From the NCBI RefSeq assembly GCF_035285525.1, contig NZ_JAYKGW010000047.1, forward strand, positions 1-32,000: a stretch of DNA of 32,000 nucleotides, read 5' to 3'. The notes below the pieces were generated by a model that saw nothing but the letters and a program-made list of their open reading frames with translations, did not search any database and had not been told where the DNA came from. Below, piece by piece: positions 26,355 through 32,000 of this stretch (positions are counted from its first letter, which is position 1; each line of letters opens with the position of its first letter). The translations under genes and the position numbers were made by a program. Source of the stretch: Okeania sp. (GTDB taxonomy: Bacteria; Cyanobacteriota; Cyanobacteriia; Cyanobacteriales; Microcoleaceae).

Positions 26355-26564
26355 TTTTTTTATTTTAGATTTTAGATAATAATTAATAATGAATAATTAA
26401 TAATGAATAGACTTGTTGGGAATTAAGCCCAAAAAATCGCTAAAACCCTTATCAGTCAAGGTTTATAGTGTTTTTTGATCGTAAAATCCTGAAAGCTTTA
26501 TATAGTAAGCCTTGGAGCGTTTTAAATTTTTATTTCCAAACAACTCTAATAATTAATAATTATT

Positions 26565-26728
26565 GGAGAGTACAAAGTTCTTCTCAAGAAGAATTTGCTT
26601 ATTTGACTGAAAGTATTACTGGAAAAAGGCTTACAACACCTATAGTCCTGGATAGAAAGTTTCTCAACTTTAGATAGCTGAAACCCTTAGCTAGCAATAT
26701 TTATTCCTAGAATTTTGCACTGTTCAGT
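26565..26728. mobile_element. MITE-like element, family E (inverted relative to 2821-2984), flanked by AT heptamer arrays
   Basis: The reverse complement aligns by eye along its whole length with 2821-2984 (aactgaacagtgcaaa.ttctaggaataaatattgctagctaagg.tttcagctatctaaag...). Confidence 0.65.
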
Positions 26729-27217
26729 TAATAATTAATAATTAATAATTAATTATTAACTATTAATTATTAATTATTAATAATTAGGGCTGGCTGATTA
26801 AATATAAAAGTGTTTATGGGCATTGCTTTCAGCATTTATAGATACTAAGAAAGTACCAGCTTTTGGGTCATTCCAGCTTAAAAATCTACGATTTTGGGCA
26901 AAACTAGGGGTAAAAAATTAAGGGAAGATTCTTCTGTCTACCTTTTCTATAATTCTTATTCCTCCTGGATTGCAGGATTGCTGGATTCTGGCTCCTCCCC
27001 ACCACTAAAAGACTTTTTCAGCAAGCCCTAATTAATTCCTAGGGCTTTAAAGCTTATCCTTTTAATTTGATACCTAAAAAAGCTGAAACATTATATTTTT
27101 CAATACTTTCAGATTTATTCAGCAGAGCAATAATTGGAGGTGGTTTTCATTATTAATTATCAATTATCAATTATCCATTATCCATTATCCATTATTCCTT
27201 TCCCTATTCCCTAATTT

Positions 27218-28558
27218 ATGAAAATTGCTTATCTTGACTGTCCCACTGGTATTGCGGGCGATATGTGTCTGGGTGCTTTAGTCCATGCTGGCGTTCCTCT
27301 GGAGTATATCATGGAAAAACTAAATCTTTTGGGTATTGCCCAAGAATATGAATTAAGTACAGAAAAAGTTCATCGTAATGGTATAATGGCGACGAAATTT
27401 CATGTGAAGTTAATTCATGCTAATCCTGAAGATGGAGAACCTTTAACTTTTGATAGTCACCATCACCACCATCACGATACTGAAAATGATTCTAGCGCTG
27501 AAAAAAATCATCATGCTCACAACCGTCATTTACCAGAAATTGAAGCATTAATTAAAAAAGCAGGATTGCCGGAACGTGCTGAAGTTTGGAGTTTGGCTGT
27601 TTTTCGTAAGTTGGCAGCAGCAGAAGGTGCTGTACATGGTATTGCTCCTGAGAAAGTGCATTTTCACGAAGTTGGAGCAACTGATGCTATTATTGATATT
27701 GTGGGAACTTGTTTGGGTTTAGATTGGTTAAATATTGATGAGTTATATTGTTCGCCTTTGCCTACTGGTGGCGGAACTGTGAGAGCAGCTCATGGTAGAT
27801 TACCTGTACCTGTACCAGCAGTATTAAAACTTTGGGAGTTACATAATGTTCCGGTTTATAGTAATGGTATAGAAAAGGAGTTGTGTACTCCGACGGGTAG
27901 TGCGATCGCTTGTGCTATTGCAAGAGGTTTTTGTTCGTATCCGTCGATGTCTTTACAATGTGTTGGTTTGGGAGCGGGTTCCCAGAATTTAGCTATTCCT
28001 AATATTTTGCGTTTGTGGATTGGTGAAAGTAAAGCTCAGACTCAACATTCTCATATTAAAAAATCTGATGTTCCTACTACGGAGGTTCCATACAATGTTT
28101 CTACCGAAAATTCGCATCTGGAAACTGTGTCGGTATTAGAAACTCAGATAGATGATTGTTCTCCCCAAGCGATCGCTTATACTTTTGATACTTTGTTGGC
28201 TGCGGGTGCTTTGGATGTGTTTACTCAACCTGTGACAATGAAAAAAAATCGGTTGGGAGTATTACTGACTGTTATTTGTACAGCAGAAAATTTGTCTGTT
28301 TGTGAGGAGGTAATATTTAGGGAGACTACGACTTTGGGTATTCGTCAGTCTCTGCAACAAAGAAGTATTTTGGCACGAGAAATTCATCAATTAGAAACGG
28401 AGTATGGAACAATCAGGGTAAAGGTCGGGAAAATGGGAAATAAAATTGTGAATGTGCAACCAGAATATGAAGATTGTGCGAAGGTAGCTAGACGGGAAAA
28501 TATGCCGTTGATGGAAGTACAGAAAATGGTATTACAAAATTGGAAGAAAAGGGAGTAG
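27218..28558 (+). CDS. larC: LarC-family nickel insertion protein (pyridinium-3,5-bisthiocarboxylate mononucleotide nickel chelatase, DUF111)
   Basis: 446-aa ORF with MKIAYLDCPTGIAGDMCLGAL and HFHEVGATDAIIDIVG. A His-rich tract SHHHHHHD...NHHAHNRH is present. Confidence 0.8.
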   Translation: MKIAYLDCPTGIAGDMCLGALVHAGVPLEYIMEKLNLLGIAQEYELSTEKVHRNGIMATKFHVKLIHANPEDGEPLTFDSHHHHHHDTENDSSAEKNHHAHNRHLPEIEALIKKAGLPERAEVWSLAVFRKLAAAEGAVHGIAPEKVHFHEVGATDAIIDIVGTCLGLDWLNIDELYCSPLPTGGGTVRAAHGRLPVPVPAVLKLWELHNVPVYSNGIEKELCTPTGSAIACAIARGFCSYPSMSLQCVGLGAGSQNLAIPNILRLWIGESKAQTQHSHIKKSDVPTTEVPYNVSTENSHLETVSVLETQIDDCSPQAIAYTFDTLLAAGALDVFTQPVTMKKNRLGVLLTVICTAENLSVCEEVIFRETTTLGIRQSLQQRSILAREIHQLETEYGTIRVKVGKMGNKIVNVQPEYEDCAKVARRENMPLMEVQKMVLQNWKKRE

Positions 28559-28627
28559 GGAGTTATTTCAGTTATCAGTTATCAGCACCTCTGTCTGAAG
28601 CCTCTGGCTTGAAATACTGAGTTGAAT

Positions 28628-28722
28628 CAGGACTTACGCAAAGGTACTGTACTATCTATAGAGTTCAAAAACTATTGCACAAGAGTTTTAGGCGCTACAT
28701 ATAGCGTCTCTGCGTAAGTCCT
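28628..28722. mobile_element. MITE-like element, family A
   Basis: caggacttacgcaaaggtactgtactatctatagagttcaaaaactattgc...tctgcgtaagtcct. Confidence 0.7.
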
Positions 28723-28878
28723 ATGAATATTTTTTTCATCCCCTTGAAAGAAGAGGCTTTAGACCCAATTTTTTAGTAAACCCACCCCTAGCCCCTCCCA
28801 GGAGGAGAGTTTAGAATGAAAGTTATAAACCTCCAAATCTTTTTAACCCTTCTGCCTTTTGCCTCCTACCTTCTGTCT

Positions 28879-29826
28879 TCAGACTTGAACTATATCCACG
28901 CGATCGCCTACGGTTAAACCTAATTCTATTGCTCTACCACCTCTCAACTCAATCACCCGATCGACAGGAATATCTGGTCCATAAGTAGGGCAAGGTTCAG
29001 TTTCACAGGGAGGCAAATTAGAAAAAATCGCCTGTATTTCCCCATTCCTCAGAAACACCATATCTAAATTAATAAATACATTTCTCATCCAAAAATTCAC
29101 CGTGCGAGGAGGAGCGATAGAAAATAACATTCCCCGCTCGTCGGGCAACTCAGTTCTAAACATCAAACCAACGGCTTGCTCTAACGGAGTTTGCGCCACC
29201 TCCAAATTAACAACTTGACCAGAAAAATTTGCCTGTGCTGAAATTGGTAACATTTGCCCTAACTCCACTTCACCGAACAATGAACTAAAATTTGATTCTT
29301 CAAGATTTGTCACTCCTAATAAAACTGCCAAATATTCTCCTGTTACTCCATCTTGAATAATAATATTATCCTCAGCAGGCAAAATATTCAACTCACTAAA
29401 TTGTAACCCTCCAGTTAGAATTAAGCGATCGCTACCATTCCGAAAATCAGTAATTACATCTGCATCTGCCAAATTTACCCCACCAGTAGAGAATAAATCT
29501 TCACGTCTACCAATAGCAAACAAATCGTCTCCTTCGCCCCCAGTCATTGTATCCGCACCCAAGTTCCCAATTAACCAGTCTGCTCCCAAATCTCCAGAAA
29601 TAAAGTCATTTCCTTGCCCACCAAAAATAGTATCGGCATCTTGCCCACCAAAAATAGTATCATCCCCCTGATTACCTTGGAGAACATCGGTTCCTTGGTT
29701 GCCAAAAATTTGGTCATTACCCCCGAAACTTTGAACAATATCTTTACTTGCTAAAGCAGGGATAATATCACTATCGGGAGTGCCACTGAGAAAGTCAATA
29801 TTTAGTGTGCCTTGAATATTAGTCAT
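28879..29826 (-). CDS. Fusion protein: N-terminal RTX-type Ca-binding nonapeptide repeats plus a C-terminal DUF192-like domain
   Basis: About 7 GGxGxD-type repeats (GGNDQIFGNQGTDVLQGNQGDDTIFGGQDADTIFGGQGNDFISGDLGAD...). The C-terminal part is EVAQTPLEQAVGLMFR...GMLF...FWMRNVFINLDMVF...ELRGG. Confidence 0.7.
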   Translation of the reverse strand: MTNIQGTLNIDFLSGTPDSDIIPALASKDIVQSFGGNDQIFGNQGTDVLQGNQGDDTIFGGQDADTIFGGQGNDFISGDLGADWLIGNLGADTMTGGEGDDLFAIGRREDLFSTGGVNLADADVITDFRNGSDRLILTGGLQFSELNILPAEDNIIIQDGVTGEYLAVLLGVTNLEESNFSSLFGEVELGQMLPISAQANFSGQVVNLEVAQTPLEQAVGLMFRTELPDERGMLFSIAPPRTVNFWMRNVFINLDMVFLRNGEIQAIFSNLPPCETEPCPTYGPDIPVDRVIELRGGRAIELGLTVGDRVDIVQV

Positions 29827-29957
29827 TTTAGTTATCAGTTATAAGTTATTAATAATACCATTAAAATACTGAATTGAAGATTTTTTATCCTCTTATTAAG
29901 AGTAGAATATTATCTTGATTTTTTGGTCAATAAAACAATATCTCTTCTTTGTTAAAT

Positions 29958-30124
29958 GGTAAGCATTGTTAAATTATAAGCATTCAGCTCAAGGGCAATA
30001 AAAATGAATGATAAGCATTCTTTTAATTTCTACTTTTCAATCATATCTCTGATATTGTTAAACTATACATATTTATAGCCAGAAATCATAGATTTACTTC
30101 AAAAGCTGATAGCTGACTGCTGAA
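29958..30124. mobile_element. Degenerate family-B MITE
   Basis: ggtaagcattg...ataagcattcagctc ... aaagctgatagctgactgctga. The right tip is missing. Confidence 0.4.
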
Positions 30125-30347
30125 ATTGTATCTATCTAATTTAGGATTTGCCTAGTTTTCTTTTAATGATAGTTCATTAATGGATAATGGATAATTACTT
30201 CTCCCTAAAAGTTAGAGGATTGGCGCTTAAGTAAAAGATTTATTTTTTCCCTATCCAAGGGGAGGCTTCAAGGGGCGAATTATTTAATTATTTAATTGTT
30301 TAATTATTTAATTGTTTAATTATTAATTATTTCGCTAAACTATTTTG

Positions 30348-30535
30348 GTAAGCAGTCAGCTATCAGAAGAGTGCTTTTAGTTAGCAATAAAAGCAATATT
30401 TAATAGAGAAACGAAAAATATTGCTAAAAAAGTCAGCTCCAAAGTCTATGTTCATTTAAACTTCGTCCTTCAGCACAAGTTATTATTGCTGATAGCTAAT
30501 AGCTGTTTGCGCAGCATTCCGCAGGAAATGCTTAC
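30348..30535. mobile_element. MITE-like element, family B
   Basis: gtaagcagtcagctatcag ... ttgctgatagctaatagctgtttgcgcagcattccgcaggaaatgcttac. Confidence 0.65.
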
Positions 30536-30651
30536 CTATTTTGAATTTTCTAGCTTGTGCAAGTCGTCAAACTGTCACATTAACTTAGAAAACTTTCAAA
30601 ACCTAATTTAACTTTAGTAATTAAGTAGCATTTACTGAAAATATAATTATT

Positions 30652-30921
30652 ATGAATAATGAACAAACGTCCATAATCTTTAAAGTCAAAATCCACTATA
30701 TAAACGGAGAAACTCAAACTTTTGAAGTCTGCGGACAAGGATGGGATAATGTTGATATTGCCAGTCGTCTTTTTCAAATACAAAAATCTGATAAATTAAT
30801 TTTGCAATTAACAGATAATAGTCTTCAAGTTATTCCCTACAGCAGCATTTTATATTTAACAGTTGACCCTGCACCTCCTAAACTACCAAAAGATATAATT
30901 ACTGGAGCGACTTTATTATAA
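30652..30921 (+). CDS. Hypothetical 89-aa protein
   Basis: Clean ORF with ATG start and no recognisable motif. The stop directly abuts a family-B MITE. Confidence 0.4.
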   Translation: MNNEQTSIIFKVKIHYINGETQTFEVCGQGWDNVDIASRLFQIQKSDKLILQLTDNSLQVIPYSSILYLTVDPAPPKLPKDIITGATLL

Positions 30922-31089
30922 GTAAGCATTTAGCTATCAGCCATTAGTAGTCAGCTCTCAGCAAAAAGAGTAATTTTAAATGGAATATAAACTTTAAAAC
31001 CAGCTTTTGTACTTAAGATTTAATTTTGGCTCAATGAGTCAAGCTTTTATTTAAAATTAAAAGCAATAGCTGATAACTGATTGCTTACA
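30922..31089. mobile_element. MITE-like element, family B
   Basis: gtaagcatttagctatcagccattagtagtcagc ... agcaatagctgataactgattgcttac. Confidence 0.65.
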
Positions 31090-31099
31090 TAATTTTGAG

Positions 31100-31215
31100 T
31101 AACACAGCCTGGAAGGCTGTAATAACCAGGATACTAAACAGATAATTACTAGAGCAAATTTATCATACAGTAACACAGCCTTCCAGGCTGTAACAACCTG
31201 GAAGGTTGTGTTACA
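31100..31215. repeat. Two copies of the gtaacacagcc hairpin repeat in opposite internal orientation; the second (31171-31215) forms an ~18-bp-stem hairpin
   Basis: Copy one is gtaacacagcctggaaggctgtaataaccaggatac. Copy two is gtaacacagccttccaggctgtaacaacctggaaggttgtgttac. Confidence 0.65.
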
Positions 31216-31354
31216 AATTTACCCTAATTAAATTAATTATTTTTCCCAATTTTTACCGAAAAATTTTGGTAATTACGTCTCCTTTTTTAAGAAGATAAAA
31301 AAAAGAAAATTCCGTATTTCAAGCCTATTTATTCTAAGAGGTAATGATAACTTT

Positions 31355-31411
31355 TAACGCAGTTCTTCCGGAAGAGGCTAACTGTTAAGGTAGTTCCTCC
31401 GGAGGAGGCTA
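31355..31411. repeat. Tandem pair of 12-nt perfect palindromes differing by a symmetric (compensated) change
   Basis: agt tcttccggaaga ggcta and agt tcctccggagga ggcta, 31 nt apart. Confidence 0.7.
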
Positions 31412-31442
31412 AATGATAACTGAAATGACGCACTACTTTTCT

Positions 31443-31495
31443 GGAGATTACTATCTAAAATGAAAGAGATAAATCAATACTCAGATAAATTATTT
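31443..31495 (+). repeat. Duplicate of the leader plus first 13 codons of the downstream 2OG oxygenase gene
   Basis: ggagattactatctaaaatgaaagagataaatcaatactcagataaattattt compared with 31566-31618 ggagattatatttcaaaatgaaagagataaatcaatactcagataaattattt. Confidence 0.8.
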
Positions 31496-31582
31496 ATATT
31501 TAGTAATACAGGCTTCCAACCTGTAAAAAGCAGGATGCTTCTCTTACATACTTATTGAGGCTAAAGGAGATTATATTTCAAA

Positions 31583-32000
31583 ATGAAAGAGATAAATCAA
31601 TACTCAGATAAATTATTTCTAGTCCGAAATTTACTCGATAATGAACAATGCGATAAATACATTGAAATGGCTGAATCAATTGGATTTGAAGAAGCAAGTA
31701 TTACAACAAACTTCGGTTCTGTTATGGATAAAAGTATTAGAAATAACGATCGGGTAATTTGGGATGATGAAAAGTTAGCAAAAGAATTATTTGAAACAAC
31801 AAAATCTTACATTAAAAATCCTTGCAAAGGATTATATTGTACTGGTTTAAATGAGAGATTTAGGTTTTATAAATATTCTCCTGGTCAAAAATTTGGTTGG
31901 CATTCTGATGGTTATTATGAAAGAGAAAATGGCGAACGTTCGAGATGGACTTTATTGTTTTATCTAAATGATGGTTATGAAGGTGGTGCAACGAAATTTA
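31583..32000 (+). CDS. 2OG-Fe(II) oxygenase (prolyl 4-hydroxylase-like), partial, runs off the window end
   Basis: Manual translation gives MKEINQYSDKLFLVRNLLDNEQCDKYIEMAESIGFEEA...RFYKYSPGQKFGWHSDGYYE...WTLLFYLNDGYEGGATKF. An HxD iron motif is present. It is not in the ORF track because it is open-ended. Confidence 0.7.
   Translation, partial: MKEINQYSDKLFLVRNLLDNEQCDKYIEMAESIGFEEASITTNFGSVMDKSIRNNDRVIWDDEKLAKELFETTKSYIKNPCKGLYCTGLNERFRFYKYSPGQKFGWHSDGYYERENGERSRWTLLFYLNDGYEGGATKF

Noticed and set aside
26468-26677. 69-aa ORF
   Set aside because: It overlaps the family-E MITE copy and AT-heptamer arrays. The homologous element at 2821-2984 has no equivalent ORF.
1-32000. tRNA, rRNA or other classical RNA genes
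   Set aside because: Scanning by eye for T-loop-like GGTTCGAATCC / GGTTCAAATCC motifs and rRNA-like conserved blocks found nothing. This is a weak negative, and tRNAscan or Infernal should be run.
1-32000. Integrated plasmid or prophage explaining the ParM-like operon
   Set aside because: No integrase, replication, relaxase, capsid, terminase or tRNA attachment site is seen anywhere in the window. The flanks are housekeeping genes. This cannot be excluded beyond the 32 kb.

Overview
This AT-rich chromosomal segment looks like a heterocyst-forming filamentous cyanobacterium (Nostocales-like). Supporting signs are psbY, a HetZ-like gene, 17 copies counted by eye of the HIP1 octamer GCGATCGC, many heptanucleotide STRR arrays and a very high load of small palindromic MITE-like repeats. 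I accept about 30 protein-coding genes. Most are unlinked housekeeping or accessory genes: MPBQ/MSBQ-type methyltransferase, GT4 glycosyltransferase, cupin, creatininase-family, ilvN, rluD, PRK-like kinase, SH3b protein, M20 amidohydrolase, bioD, psbY, gamma-CA-like, VOC, PHP, HetZ-like, YrdC/Sua5, larC, an RTX-DUF192 fusion and a 2OG-Fe(II) oxygenase. My accepted CDS sum to roughly 18 kb, under 60% of the window. The rest is at least seven families of nested or duplicated repeats, yet no transposase gene is present. I saw no rRNA, tRNA or CRISPR. The best candidate for an under-described system is a translationally coupled two-gene operon at 16186-17474. It encodes an actin-like ParM/StbA-type ATPase and a 79-aa RHH-like adaptor with an acidic tail. 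It sits between bioD and psbY with no plasmid, phage or transposon genes nearby. A perfect 19-bp palindrome lies just upstream, and a ~28-nt motif found only at this locus surrounds it. Other points worth a second look are listed here. (1) Duplicated, decayed 5' ends of two genes (rluD and the 2OG oxygenase). (2) A HetZ-like gene with no patU-like ORF downstream. (3) An RTX-DUF192 fusion. (4) A frameshifted antitoxin-like relic. (5) MITE termini that sit exactly on gene stop codons. All protein identifications come from motif and sequence recall without any database search, and repeat coordinates are accurate to a few nt only.
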